Under the pieces are notes generated by a model that saw nothing but the letters and a program-made list of their open reading frames with translations, was not told the origin of the DNA and ran no database searches. Positions 26,001-36,126 of a stretch of DNA of 47,709 nucleotides are shown here, in pieces. How positions within the stretch are numbered: position 1 is the stretch's first letter; every line of letters begins with the position of its first letter. The stretch is from positions 1 to 47,709 of the forward strand of contig JASFEA010000005.1 in NCBI GenBank assembly GCA_050125095.1, written 5' to 3'. The DNA comes from a bacterium (GTDB lineage: Bacteria > Arandabacterota > Arandabacteria > Arandabacterales > JALGWA01). Position numbers and translations under genes: made by a program.

Positions 26001-27023
26001 ATGGAAGCCTTCTTTATCACTGATTCCGACTTCGTTTCCTTCCTCTCCTGGCTCGAAAAGCGCGGCGACCTGTTCGTCGCCACCAGGGACGAAGAAGACT
26101 GTGTGAAGATCAAGCCCTATGCCGAAGCCGGTGAGTTCAATTATCCCGGCGTCCGGGCCATCCAGCCGCTCAAGCCCTTCTTCTTTGCCATACTGGAGGA
26201 GGTGGCGGAATACCCGTCGGCAGAGGCGAAGACCTACGAGGCCAGGCCATTTACCATTCTGGGAGCGGCCGCCTGCGACCTCAGGGCCATAGAGGCCCTC
26301 GACAGGGTGTTCCTCGAGGGCGATTTCAAGGACCCGTTCTACGAGGAGAAGAGGTCCAAGAGCCTCGTGATCAGTTTCGACTGCACCGAGCCGTATGATA
26401 CCTGTTTCTGCACGCTTATGGGCGTCAAGCCGTATGGCGAGAAGGGGTTCGACATCAACCTCACCAGGCTTGAAGGCGGCTATGTCGCCGAAGTGGGCAC
26501 GGACAAGGGCAAGGAAGTCATAGAGGGCAACAAGAGCCTCTTCAAGCCGGCCACCGACAATCACCTGTCCCAGCGCGAGTCCATCCGCAAGGAAGCCCAG
26601 GCCAAAGTCGAAGGGCAGTCGAAGCAATTCAAGCCCTCCGCCTCCTGGCAGGAGTGCCTGGCCAAGACCTTCGAGGACCCGGGCTGGGAGCGCAATGTAG
26701 AGACATGCGTAGAGTGCGGGGCGTGCCTCTTCATATGCCCCACGTGCCAGTGCTTCCTTCTCTATGACGAGAAGGCCAAGGACAAATACAAGAGACTCAA
26801 AATGTGGGACACCTGTGCCTACAAGAACTTCGCCAGGGTGGGCGGCGGGGCCAACCCGCGGCCGAGGCTCGTGGAGAGGTTCAGGCATCGCTATTATCAT
26901 AAGCTGGATTATTTCCCCAAGACCTATGGTTTTGAGGGCTGTACGGGTTGTGGAAGGTGTATCGTGGCTTGTCCGGGCAAGATTGATATGAGAGAGGTTC
27001 TGAAGGAAATATGCAAAGTATGA
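26001..27023 (+). CDS. AsrA / sulfhydrogenase beta (HydB)-like 4Fe-4S protein
   Basis: ACDL.AI..LD..F, CFC, CVECGACLFICPTCQC, CTGCGRCIVACP. Confidence 0.85.
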   Translation: MEAFFITDSDFVSFLSWLEKRGDLFVATRDEEDCVKIKPYAEAGEFNYPGVRAIQPLKPFFFAILEEVAEYPSAEAKTYEARPFTILGAAACDLRAIEALDRVFLEGDFKDPFYEEKRSKSLVISFDCTEPYDTCFCTLMGVKPYGEKGFDINLTRLEGGYVAEVGTDKGKEVIEGNKSLFKPATDNHLSQRESIRKEAQAKVEGQSKQFKPSASWQECLAKTFEDPGWERNVETCVECGACLFICPTCQCFLLYDEKAKDKYKRLKMWDTCAYKNFARVGGGANPRPRLVERFRHRYYHKLDYFPKTYGFEGCTGCGRCIVACPGKIDMREVLKEICKV

Positions 27024-27844
27024 AGAACGTTTATACGCCCATTGAAGCCGAGATTCTCGAGGTCATCGACGAGACCCCTACGATCAAGACGTTCGTGGTG
27101 GCGCCCAAAGAGGAGATCCCGTTCAAGGCCGGCCAGTTCATGGAGATGACGGTCCCGGGTCTCGGAGAGGCTCCGTTCACTCCCTCATCCTCACCGAGCC
27201 AGAAGGGCAAGATCGACTTCACCGTCATGAAGGTCGGCAAGGTGACGGATGCGCTTCACGAGATGACAAAAGGGCAGACGGTCGGCCTGAGAGGACCATT
27301 CGGCGCGGAGTACCCCCTGGACAAATGGAAAGGCAAAGAGATTCTGATAGTAGGCGGCGGCGTGGGAGGCGCGCCCCTCAGGGCCCTCTTCCTTGCGCTT
27401 ACCGAGAGGCTCGGGGATTTCAAGAAGATCCTCTACTGCTACGGCGCCCGGACGCCGGCCGACATCGTCTACAAGGATGCCATTCAGAAGGAATGGCCCG
27501 GGATCGATCCCAACAAGGTGGAGATCCGCCTTACCGTGGATGAGGGCGACGCCAGCTGGAAGGGCAACGTCGGCGTTGTGACCACCGTTGTCGAGAACAT
27601 CGGTCTCGACATGAAGAACACGGTCGGCGTGGTCTGCGGCCCTCCCATAATGATGAAGTTCGCGACTTTCAGATTGATCGAGATAGGCTATCCCGACGAG
27701 GCCATATACCTGTCAATGGAAAAGAACATGAGCTGTGGTATAGGTAAGTGCGGCCACTGCATGCTCGGCGAATACATGGTCTGCAAGGATGGCCCGGTAC
27801 TTACCTACGACCTTATTAAAGACAAACCCGCACTCTGGGACTGA
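27020..27844 (+). CDS. AsrB / sulfhydrogenase gamma (HydG)-like FAD/NAD(P)-binding [2Fe-2S] subunit
   Basis: AGQF, RGPFG, VGGGVG, VCGPPIMM, MSCGIGKCGHC..CKDGP; ATGA overlap with the upstream stop. Confidence 0.9.
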   Translation: MKNVYTPIEAEILEVIDETPTIKTFVVAPKEEIPFKAGQFMEMTVPGLGEAPFTPSSSPSQKGKIDFTVMKVGKVTDALHEMTKGQTVGLRGPFGAEYPLDKWKGKEILIVGGGVGGAPLRALFLALTERLGDFKKILYCYGARTPADIVYKDAIQKEWPGIDPNKVEIRLTVDEGDASWKGNVGVVTTVVENIGLDMKNTVGVVCGPPIMMKFATFRLIEIGYPDEAIYLSMEKNMSCGIGKCGHCMLGEYMVCKDGPVLTYDLIKDKPALWD

Positions 27845-27860
27845 ACCGTGAGGCAGTGAG

Positions 27861-28346
27861 TTGAAGAAGCTATTCATTGACCTTGACGTCTGTGGAAGTA
27901 GTGAGAACGAGGGGAAGTGCACGGCTGAGTGTTCCTACCCCTTCCACCCCGGAAACGATGGGGTGATTTCCTTGCTGGAACTTGCGGCGTACGCAGTTGT
28001 CTGCCGGCAGTGCGAGTCGGGCAACTGCATTGCGGCCTGCCCCAAGGACGCGCTCGAGAAGGACTCGACCGGTGTGCTCCGCAGGTACAACATGCGCTGC
28101 GTAAGCTGCAAGTCCTGCGCTATTGCATGTCCTTTCGGCACCATATATCCGGAGGCCATACCATACGGCCTCTCGATGTGCGATTACTGCGTTCACAGGC
28201 TCAAGGGGGGCGAGGAGCCCCTCTGCGTGAGGACCTGTAAGCCGGAAGGGGCCATCAAGTACATTGAAATTGAGCCGGATGAGTCAAAGAACTTGTACGC
28301 AATCGGAGACAATCTTGTCGTAAAGGCCGAGGTCTGGAAGAGGTAA
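27861..28346 (+). CDS. Multi-[4Fe-4S] electron transfer subunit (HycB/DmsB-like)
   Basis: CRQC...CIAACP, CVSCKSCAIACP, CDYC...CVRTC. Confidence 0.85.
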   Translation: MKKLFIDLDVCGSSENEGKCTAECSYPFHPGNDGVISLLELAAYAVVCRQCESGNCIAACPKDALEKDSTGVLRRYNMRCVSCKSCAIACPFGTIYPEAIPYGLSMCDYCVHRLKGGEEPLCVRTCKPEGAIKYIEIEPDESKNLYAIGDNLVVKAEVWKR

Positions 28347-28355
28347 CAGAAAGAT

Positions 28356-29294
28356 ATGACTACTGTACTCCAAGGTGTGGTTTTCCTAGGCGTAGGTTTT
28401 TTGGTTGCCGCTGTGGTGGGCATGTTCGCCCACTGGTTCGACAGGAAGATTACCGCGCGGGTGCAATGGCGTGTTGGGCCCCCGTTTTTTCAGCCGTGGT
28501 ACGACTTCCTTAAGCTCCTCATCAAGGAAGTCATCATACCGGAGGGAGCCCAGAAGTTCACGTTTCTTGCGGCCCCCCTTGTCTCGCTGGCATCCGTTAC
28601 CGTGGTCGCCGCCCTGCTCATACGGACGATCGTGTTCCCCGCGGAGACGTTCGTCGGTGACCTTATCGTGGTCATATACCTTGTGACCATTCCTTCGCAG
28701 GCCCTGATACTGGGCGCTTTCTCTTCAGGCAACCCGCTCGCGTCGCTCGGCGGTTCGAGAGAGATGAAGCTCATCCTCTCCTACGAGCTCCCGTTCGTAC
28801 TGGCGATCCTGGTTCCCGTGGTCAAGGCGGGAAACTCGATCCGGCTCGGCGAGATCCTCGCGTACCAGGGGACGGAAGGAGCCGTGATCGCGTCCATCTC
28901 GGGGGTCATCTCCTTCGTTGTGGCCTTCCTGTGCATGCAGGCCAAGCTCGCGAAGGTGCCGTTCGACGCCCCCGAAGCCGAGACGGAGATTATGGCGGGG
29001 GCCTATATCGAATACTCGGGAGCGGCCCTGGCGCTCTTTAAACTCAGCCAGTGGATGATGATGTTCGTCATGCCGCTCTTCCTCATGATGCTGTGGGTCG
29101 GCGCGGTGAACTGGCGGCAGACCTGGCTTAACCTCTTCTTCGCCGCACTTATCTATATCGCCATGATTCTGTTCATGACGCTTATTCGAAATACAAACGT
29201 GAGGCTCAGAATCGACCAGATCATGAAATTCTTCTGGGCAAGGATTACACCGATCGCCGTGATCGCCTTGATCCTGGCGTTTCTTGGATTATGA
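28356..29294 (+). CDS. Group 4 hydrogenase membrane subunit (NuoH/HycD/MbhM-like)
   Basis: DRKITARVQWRVGPP.FQP.YD.LKL..KE, PFDAPEAETEIMAG..IEYSG. Confidence 0.92.
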   Translation: MTTVLQGVVFLGVGFLVAAVVGMFAHWFDRKITARVQWRVGPPFFQPWYDFLKLLIKEVIIPEGAQKFTFLAAPLVSLASVTVVAALLIRTIVFPAETFVGDLIVVIYLVTIPSQALILGAFSSGNPLASLGGSREMKLILSYELPFVLAILVPVVKAGNSIRLGEILAYQGTEGAVIASISGVISFVVAFLCMQAKLAKVPFDAPEAETEIMAGAYIEYSGAALALFKLSQWMMMFVMPLFLMMLWVGAVNWRQTWLNLFFAALIYIAMILFMTLIRNTNVRLRIDQIMKFFWARITPIAVIALILAFLGL

Positions 29295-29304
29295 GGGGTG
29301 AGGC

Positions 29305-29736
29305 ATGAGTCTAAAGCTTAAGGCGCTTACCAAGTCAATCTGGGTCTTTCATCTCGCCGCAAGTCCCTGCAATAACTGCGACATCGAGATTCTCGATCTC
29401 CTCACACCGCGGTTTGACGTCGAGCGCTTCGGCATCCAGCTGGTCGGCAGCGTGCGCCACGCTGATGCCATACTCGTTACAGGATCTATGAACAGGAAGG
29501 CGAGAATCAGGCTGAAGAGAGTGATAGAGCAGGCGCCAAAGCCCTGCTTCGTGATAGCTCTGGGGAACTGCGCGTGCACATGCGAAATGTTCGCACCTTC
29601 ATACAATCAGATGATGCCACTCGATGAGGTCGTTCCGGTCAACGCCTATATAGCGGGCTGCCCACCGAAACCGGAGGCGATGATCATGGGTGTGGTCGCG
29701 CTCATCGAGGCAACGCTGGCCGCGGCCAAGAAATAG
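29305..29736 (+). CDS. Group 4 [NiFe]-hydrogenase small subunit (NuoB/HycG/MbhJ-like)
   Basis: CNNCDIE, RHAD.ILVTG, GNCA, GCPPKP. Confidence 0.92.
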   Translation: MSLKLKALTKSIWVFHLAASPCNNCDIEILDLLTPRFDVERFGIQLVGSVRHADAILVTGSMNRKARIRLKRVIEQAPKPCFVIALGNCACTCEMFAPSYNQMMPLDEVVPVNAYIAGCPPKPEAMIMGVVALIEATLAAAKK

Positions 29737-29746
29737 GAGAACGGTC

Positions 29747-30196
29747 ATGGGTGAGGTAGTTGACGGGTTAAAGTCCAAGTTCGGGGACGCCATCGTCGAC
29801 GTTTACGAGAAGAGCCCCAGGCGCACTTACGTAACCGTCGACCCGGGGAAGTTCCCGGATATCGCAGAGCACGTTTACAAGGGCCTTGGGGCAAGGCTCG
29901 CGATTGCCACCGGAATGGACATGGAGACCAACTTCGAAATCCTGTGGCACTTCTGCTTCGACGACGCTAATCACATCCTTAACCTTAGGGTAGTCCTGGA
30001 CCACGACAGGCCGTCGCTGGAGTCCATAGCAGTGCGGGTTCCCGCCGCCGAGTGGATCGAGCGCGAGATGTGGGAGCTTCTCGGCATCGAGTTCAGGAAT
30101 CATCCCGACATGAGACATCTGCTGCTTACCGACGACTGGCCTGAGGGCAAGTTCCCGCTCAGGCGCGACTATGAGGGGTTGGGGGAAAATGAGTGA
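29747..30196 (+). CDS. NuoC/MbhK-like subunit
   Basis: AEWIEREMWELLGIEF.NHPD.R.LLL..DWP.G.FPLRRD. Confidence 0.9.
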   Translation: MGEVVDGLKSKFGDAIVDVYEKSPRRTYVTVDPGKFPDIAEHVYKGLGARLAIATGMDMETNFEILWHFCFDDANHILNLRVVLDHDRPSLESIAVRVPAAEWIEREMWELLGIEFRNHPDMRHLLLTDDWPEGKFPLRRDYEGLGENE

Positions 30197-31418
30197 TAAA
30201 GCTGCCGCTAAGACGACCATAATTCCGATCGGGCCGTATCATCCGCTGCAGGAAGAGCCCGAGTTCTTCAAGCTTCACGTGCAGGGCGAGAGGGTCGTGA
30301 AGCTCGAGATCGAAATAGGCTACAACCACAGGGGCATAGAGAGGCTCGCTGAGGATCTTACCTACGACCAGGTGCCGTTCCTGGTCGAGAGGATTTGCGG
30401 GATCTGCTCAACGTCACACCCCTTCGCCAGCGTCAACGCAATTGAGGACGTGGGCGGCGTGGACGTTCCCGAGAGGGCGAAGTACATAAGGACGTTCGTG
30501 GGAGAACTCGAGAGGATTCACTCGCACCTTCTCTGGCTGGGGCTGGCGGGCCACTTCCTCGGATACAACACGGTGTGGATGTGGGCCTGGAAGTACCGCG
30601 AGCCGGTGCTCGATCTCTTCGAGCTCATGACCGGCAACAGGAATCACTACGCCATGTTCAAGCCCGGCGGTGTGAGAAGGGACTTCTACGAAGAGGACTT
30701 CCCCGGAGCGATGCGGATGCTCGACGACCTTACGACGAAGCTCATCATGTTCAGGGATGTCGCTCTCGATGACCCCGTGCTTCAGGCGAGGACCAAGGAC
30801 GTCGGCGTGCTCACCAGGCAGGATTGCGTGGACCTCGGGGCGCTGGGCCCCACTGCCAGGGCCTCCGACTACTGCATAGACGTGAGAAGAGATCACCCCT
30901 ATGCCGCCTACGACAAGGTGGACTGGGAAGTCATTTGCACGCCTAACGGCGACGTATTCGACAAGGTCGTCGTCCGCGTGCTCGAGATGGTCGAGTCGGT
31001 CAATATCTGCAAGCAGTGCCTCGATAAACTTAGGGAAGTGAATGACGGCATCGACTGCGACCTCAAGGAAATACCCCCGGGAGAGGGCATGGGGCATCAC
31101 GAGGCCCCGAGGGGAGAGGTGTTCCATTATACCAGGTCGGACGGAACCAACAAACCGATCAGGTACAAGGTGAGGGCCCCCAGCTTCATGAACGTCCCCA
31201 CCAACTACAGGGCCTGCGTCGGCTACACCGTTTCGGACGCTACAATCACGCTGGCCGCCATCGACCCGTGCTACTGCTGCACCGAGAGGGCGGCGGTAAT
31301 CGACGCCGACAGCGGAAAGAAGATAATGACAGGGAAGGATCTTCTGAAGCTTTCAAGGCAGAAGACTGAGAGGCTTTTGGAGAAATATAACTCGAGGATG
31401 GACAGAATATGGACTTAA
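30189..31418 (+). CDS. Group 4 [NiFe]-hydrogenase large subunit
   Basis: IGPYHP; L1 ERICGICS; EAPRGE; L2 DPCYCCTER followed by a C-terminal extension. Confidence 0.93.
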   Translation: MSDKAAAKTTIIPIGPYHPLQEEPEFFKLHVQGERVVKLEIEIGYNHRGIERLAEDLTYDQVPFLVERICGICSTSHPFASVNAIEDVGGVDVPERAKYIRTFVGELERIHSHLLWLGLAGHFLGYNTVWMWAWKYREPVLDLFELMTGNRNHYAMFKPGGVRRDFYEEDFPGAMRMLDDLTTKLIMFRDVALDDPVLQARTKDVGVLTRQDCVDLGALGPTARASDYCIDVRRDHPYAAYDKVDWEVICTPNGDVFDKVVVRVLEMVESVNICKQCLDKLREVNDGIDCDLKEIPPGEGMGHHEAPRGEVFHYTRSDGTNKPIRYKVRAPSFMNVPTNYRACVGYTVSDATITLAAIDPCYCCTERAAVIDADSGKKIMTGKDLLKLSRQKTERLLEKYNSRMDRIWT

Positions 31419-33223
31419 TGGTCTACACCGTTCTTATTCCCCTAGTGGTCGGTGTGATCGTAAAGATCATCCCCGATATGATGAAGGGCGTGAAGGAGGG
31501 GCTGTCACTGGTAGTCGCTCTCGTCACGTTCTGGTTTACGATCGACCTTTTCCGCCAGGGGTTTATGGAAACGCGGTGGTACGGGTACACTATCTTCAGG
31601 CTCGATACCCTTTCGTCCTTCATTCTTCTCTGGGTGGGCTTCTTCGGGGTCGTCATGATTCTCTACTCCCTCGGATTCATGAGGGGCAAGATGGATCTCA
31701 AGCCCTATTACGGGTACATGCTCATGACCCTCGGCGCCGCCTACGGAGCGGTGCTCGCCAATGACATGGTGCTCCTGCTCGCTTTCTGGGGCTTCCTGGC
31801 GTTTACCCTCTACATGCTCATCCAGGTCGCAGGCGCCCCGGCGTCCCCGGCCGCCAAGAAGACCATGATAGTGGTCGGCGGAACGGATGCCCTCATGGTG
31901 CTTGCCGTCGCCATCGTATGGATGATGACGGGCTCGACGAGCCTCACGCAGATGCAGATTCCGACGATCACCGGCCTCAGCGCTTTCGCCTTCATACTCT
32001 TCGCCTGCGCGGCTTTCGCGAAGGCCGGGGCGATGCCTTTCCACTCGTGGATACCGGATGCGGCGGAATACGCTCACGTGCCGGTTGTCGCGTACCTCCC
32101 CGCGTCTGTAGACAAGCTCCTCGGGATATATCTTCTCGCCCGCATTTCGCTTACGCTTTTCAATCTCACGCCCGGCATGCAGCTAGTTCTGCTTATCGTC
32201 GGGGCATTTACCATAATCGCGGCCGTTCTGATGGCCCTCGTTCAGCACAACCTGAAGAGGCTCCTGGGCTATCACGCCGTCTCCCAGGTCGGCTACATGG
32301 TCCTGGGGATAGGGACCTTGAATCCCATAGGCGTGGCCGGCGGGCTCTTCCATATGCTGAACCACGCCATTTACAAGGGCTGTCTCTTCCTATGCGCGGG
32401 TTCGGTGGAGAACCGCGAGAAGACGATGGAACTGGACGATCTCGGCGGGCTCGCCAAGTTCATGCCGGTCACCTTCCTCGCCTTCCTCGTCGCGGCGCTC
32501 GCGATTTCCGGCATCCCGCCTTTTAACGGTTTCGTTTCCAAGTGGATGGTCTACCAGGGCGTCATCGAGATGGGCAAGGCCGGGGGCTGGCTCTGGGTCG
32601 TATGGCTCGCCGCGGCGATGTTCGGCTCGGCTCTCACGCTGGCGAGCTTCATGAAGGCCCTGCACGCCGTATTCCTCGGGGCGAGGGCAAGGAAAGACAA
32701 GCCCGCGGAGTCGGGCGGCGCGATGCTCATACCCATGATCGTGCTCTCGCTTCTCTGCCTCATATTCGGTATATTCGCCTATGCCATTCCCTTGAGGATC
32801 TGGGTGCTGCCGGCGGTGAGCAAGGTGCTGCCGATCGGAGACCCGGCCGAATGGCTCGGCTTGTGGAGCCCGGTCGCGGCCACGCTGCTCATATTGCTCG
32901 GCGTGCTCATAGGTTTCGTCATCTACCTCGCCGGCACCTTCAGGACGCCGAGGACCAGCGCGGCGTATATCGGCGGCGAGGTGATCGGAGAGGAAGTCCG
33001 CGTCACGGGCGTAGACTTCTACGAAACCGTGGAGAGCATGGGTTTCTTCAGCACCATGTACAGATGGGCCATGAAAAAGGCCTTCGACGCATATGATATC
33101 GGCCAGCGCATTTCCTTCTACTTCGTTAAAGCACTTAGAGCGATACACAGCGGTGTTCTCCCGGAGTATCTCACATGGGTGCTTGCCGGATTACTGGTAC
33201 TCTTAGTCATTATGCTGAGGTGA
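31409..33223 (+). CDS. Antiporter-like proton-pumping subunit (MrpA/NuoL/HyfB-like)
   Basis: Multi-TM; KAGAMPFHSWIPDA, LKRLLGYHAVSQVGY, FHMLNHAIYKG.LFL, SGIPPFNGFVSKW. Confidence 0.9.
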   Translation: MDLMVYTVLIPLVVGVIVKIIPDMMKGVKEGLSLVVALVTFWFTIDLFRQGFMETRWYGYTIFRLDTLSSFILLWVGFFGVVMILYSLGFMRGKMDLKPYYGYMLMTLGAAYGAVLANDMVLLLAFWGFLAFTLYMLIQVAGAPASPAAKKTMIVVGGTDALMVLAVAIVWMMTGSTSLTQMQIPTITGLSAFAFILFACAAFAKAGAMPFHSWIPDAAEYAHVPVVAYLPASVDKLLGIYLLARISLTLFNLTPGMQLVLLIVGAFTIIAAVLMALVQHNLKRLLGYHAVSQVGYMVLGIGTLNPIGVAGGLFHMLNHAIYKGCLFLCAGSVENREKTMELDDLGGLAKFMPVTFLAFLVAALAISGIPPFNGFVSKWMVYQGVIEMGKAGGWLWVVWLAAAMFGSALTLASFMKALHAVFLGARARKDKPAESGGAMLIPMIVLSLLCLIFGIFAYAIPLRIWVLPAVSKVLPIGDPAEWLGLWSPVAATLLILLGVLIGFVIYLAGTFRTPRTSAAYIGGEVIGEEVRVTGVDFYETVESMGFFSTMYRWAMKKAFDAYDIGQRISFYFVKALRAIHSGVLPEYLTWVLAGLLVLLVIMLR

Positions 33224-33227
33224 ACGT

Positions 33228-33791
33228 ATGCTTGAGTTGCAAGGCGTCTTACTGCTGTTCATGGTAATGGGGGCGATTATCGCCATCGAAACCAGGGACC
33301 TCCTGGCCGCAGTTATCTCGGTGACCGCGGTCGGCTTCGGCAGCATCATCGCGTTCTTTTACCTTCGCGCGCCTGATGTCGCGGTCGTGCCCATCGTGGT
33401 CGAAGTCCTGGTGCTCGTGATCCTGATCAGGGCCACGCTCAGAGTCGGCCTGAAGACGTTCATCGGAAACCGGGCGTTCTTCGGCTATCTGGTCACGATG
33501 GCGCTCCTGGTCGTCATTTTCCTAGCCGCGATAAGGGTATTCGACGGGCTGCCGTCATTCGGCGACCCGGTCATCGCCAGAATCGCGGATGCGCCTTCCA
33601 GGATCTATCTCGAGAGCGGCCTTAAGGACACGGGCGCCACCAACATCGTGGCGGCTGTGCTCCTCGATTACAGGGCCTATGACACCCTCGGCGAGGCCAC
33701 CGTGCTCTTCACCTCGATCGTGGGCGCCGTTGCCATACTCAGGAAGAAAGCTCGCAAGAAACCCTCTGATCCGGAGGCTGACGAATGGTAG
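33228..33791 (+). CDS. MrpA C-terminal/DUF4040 + MbhE-like membrane subunit
   Basis: RDLLAAVI...LRAPDVA; GATNIVAAVLLDYRAYDTLGEATVLF. Confidence 0.85.
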   Translation: MLELQGVLLLFMVMGAIIAIETRDLLAAVISVTAVGFGSIIAFFYLRAPDVAVVPIVVEVLVLVILIRATLRVGLKTFIGNRAFFGYLVTMALLVVIFLAAIRVFDGLPSFGDPVIARIADAPSRIYLESGLKDTGATNIVAAVLLDYRAYDTLGEATVLFTSIVGAVAILRKKARKKPSDPEADEW

Positions 33792-34258
33792 ACCTTACGC
33801 CCAACAGGGGGATGACCCCGATAGTGACGACCATCGCGAGATGGCTCAGGGGAATCGTTTTCCTCTTCGGTATTTACATTATACTGTTCGGACATATCAC
33901 ACCGGGCGGGGGTTTTGCGGGCGGTGTCATATTGGCGCTCACTTACGTCCTGATGACGCTTTGCTGCGGCAAGGAGACGTCGCTGGCAAAGATGCCGCTT
34001 CACCTGGCCGGGGAGCTCGACAGCCTGGGCGCGCTCATGTTCCTCGTAATCGCCTGGCTTGGTGTCTGGAGCGTGCTGGGCGGCGGATTCTTCACGAACT
34101 ATATAGCCAGGTACAATACGGGGCTCCCGTATCATCTGTTCAGTTCCGGGATAATCCCGCTTTGCAATATCGCCATCGCCATCAAGGTAGCGGCGTCGCT
34201 GTTCTTGATTTTCATGCTTCTTGTGATGACCAAGGTCATCCACAAGCCGAACGAATAA
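33785..34258 (+). CDS. mnhB: MrpB/MnhB-like subunit
   Basis: YIILFGHITPGGGFAGGVI. Confidence 0.85.
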   Translation: MVDLTPNRGMTPIVTTIARWLRGIVFLFGIYIILFGHITPGGGFAGGVILALTYVLMTLCCGKETSLAKMPLHLAGELDSLGALMFLVIAWLGVWSVLGGGFFTNYIARYNTGLPYHLFSSGIIPLCNIAIAIKVAASLFLIFMLLVMTKVIHKPNE

Positions 34259-34277
34259 ACTCGAGAAGGAGAGGGTT

Positions 34278-34625
34278 ATGCATTACGCGCTGGTCCTCAT
34301 GCTCTTCATGATCGGCCTCTACGGAGTAGTGGTGAAACGCAATCTCATCAAGATCATCATCAGCCTGGTCATCATGGAGACGGCGATTAACGTATTCATA
34401 ATCATGGTCGGGTACAGGAGCGGCGGCATGGCTCCCATCATGGAGCAGACGATGGCCACCGAGACCTTCATCCGCAATTCCGTGGACCCGCTTCCGCAGG
34501 CGCTCGTGCTCACGGCAATCGTGATCGGCCTCGGCGTTACCGCCATGACGGTATCTATCGCTATGAGGCTGTATGAGAGATACGGCACTTACGACGTTAG
34601 GGAAATTAGAAGGCTGAGAGGTTAG
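34278..34625 (+). CDS. mnhC: MrpC/MnhC-like subunit
   Basis: RNLIKIII.L; DPLPQALVLTAIVIG. Confidence 0.9.
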   Translation: MHYALVLMLFMIGLYGVVVKRNLIKIIISLVIMETAINVFIIMVGYRSGGMAPIMEQTMATETFIRNSVDPLPQALVLTAIVIGLGVTAMTVSIAMRLYERYGTYDVREIRRLRG

Positions 34626-34633
34626 GGAAGGCT

Positions 34634-36115
34634 ATGCAGATTATTCCTCTATTTGTGGCGATTCCCCTGGGTGCAGCGTTCTTCATCCCCATGGTGGGAA
34701 GGAAGAACCCACGGCTTTCTGACACCCTGGCGAATCTGGTAACGCTCGCGTTGCTCGTCATGGCGATCTCAGTCATCGGTAAGAGCGGCGTTTACTGGAT
34801 GGGCGGATGGGTACCGAGACTGGGGATACCGCTGGGCATCAACCTCGTGCTGGACGGGGTTTCGATATTTATGCTCGTCACGGTTACGCTGATCTCGTTC
34901 ATGGCGACGCTCTACTCGATCCAGTACATGGATAAGTTCACTTCGAAGGCCCGCTTCTACAGCCTGTTCCTCCTTATGGAGGCCGGCATGCTGGGAGTGT
35001 CGCTGACGGGCGACCTCTTTAACCTCTACGTCTTCCTGGAGATCGCTTCGATCGCCTCCTATGCGCTGGTCGCCTTCGGCTGCCAGCATGAAGAGCTCGA
35101 AGCTTCGTTCAAGTATCTCGTCCTGGGCAGCGTCGGATCGTCCCTGATCCTCTTCGCCATAGCCATCATGTACTCCCTCACCGGGAGCCTCAACATGGCG
35201 CAGATGTCGATGCATATCGGGGGCAATTTCGAGCCCATTCACATGTTCGCCATAGCCCTCTTCGTGACCGGCTTCGGACTCAAGGCGGCGCTGGTGCCGT
35301 TCCACGCATGGCTGCCCGACGCGCATCCTTCGGCGCCGGCCCCGATTTCGGCCATGCTATCGGGCCTCGTGATCAAGACCATCGGTATATACGCGATGGC
35401 TAGAATACTGCTTAACGTGATCGGGCTTACGCCATTGATTTCCAATGTCCTGCTCGTACTCGGGACGATTTCCATGGTGATTGGGGTGCTGCTCTGCCTC
35501 GGACAGGACGATATCAAGCGCTTCCTGGCCTATTCCAGTATCAGCCAGGTGGGTTATATAGTGCTGGGCATCGGGCTGGGCACGAGGCTGGGAATCGCGG
35601 CGGCCCTGTTCCACCTCCTCAACCACGCCGTGTTCAAGTCGCTTCTCTTCTTGAACGCGGGCGCGGTCGAGTACGCGACGGGGACCAGGGACCTCAACAA
35701 GATGGGCGCGCTTAGGGAAAAGATGCCCGTAACGAGCGCCACGTCCATGATGGGCTCGATGTCGATCGCCGGCATCCCGCCCTTCGCCGGTTTCTGGAGC
35801 AAGCTATTCATCATAGTGGCCTGTGTCCAGGCCGAGCGTTACGGTTTCGCGACCTGGGCGGCCGCCGTGAGCGTGCTCACGCTCGCCGCATACATGAGGC
35901 TCCAGCGGAGGACGTTCTTCGGGGAGCCCAAAGAGGCATATGCCAACGCCAAGGAAGTGCCGGGTTTCATGCAGGCTTCGATGCTGGGCCTGGCCGTTCT
36001 GACTCTGTTTATGGGTTTACTGTGGATCCCCCAGGCAAGAGACGTTCTCTTGATTCCGGCGGCCAAAGTGCTGCAAGAGGGGCTTAATTACGCTTCCGGC
36101 ATTCTGGGTATGTAA
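34634..36115 (+). CDS. mnhD: MrpD/MnhD-like antiporter subunit
   Basis: TGDLFNLYVFLEI, EASFKY, KAALVPFHAWLPDAH.SAPAPISAMLSG, NHAVFKSLLFL. Confidence 0.9.
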   Translation: MQIIPLFVAIPLGAAFFIPMVGRKNPRLSDTLANLVTLALLVMAISVIGKSGVYWMGGWVPRLGIPLGINLVLDGVSIFMLVTVTLISFMATLYSIQYMDKFTSKARFYSLFLLMEAGMLGVSLTGDLFNLYVFLEIASIASYALVAFGCQHEELEASFKYLVLGSVGSSLILFAIAIMYSLTGSLNMAQMSMHIGGNFEPIHMFAIALFVTGFGLKAALVPFHAWLPDAHPSAPAPISAMLSGLVIKTIGIYAMARILLNVIGLTPLISNVLLVLGTISMVIGVLLCLGQDDIKRFLAYSSISQVGYIVLGIGLGTRLGIAAALFHLLNHAVFKSLLFLNAGAVEYATGTRDLNKMGALREKMPVTSATSMMGSMSIAGIPPFAGFWSKLFIIVACVQAERYGFATWAAAVSVLTLAAYMRLQRRTFFGEPKEAYANAKEVPGFMQASMLGLAVLTLFMGLLWIPQARDVLLIPAAKVLQEGLNYASGILGM

Positions 36116-36126
36116 GGAGGGCTGGT

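Noticed and set aside
30189-31418. Large subunit as NuoD, Mbx/Mbs or a selenocysteine hydrogenase
   Set aside because: All four Ni-ligating Cys are present as Cys codons, there is no in-frame TGA, and a maturation protease gene is adjacent.
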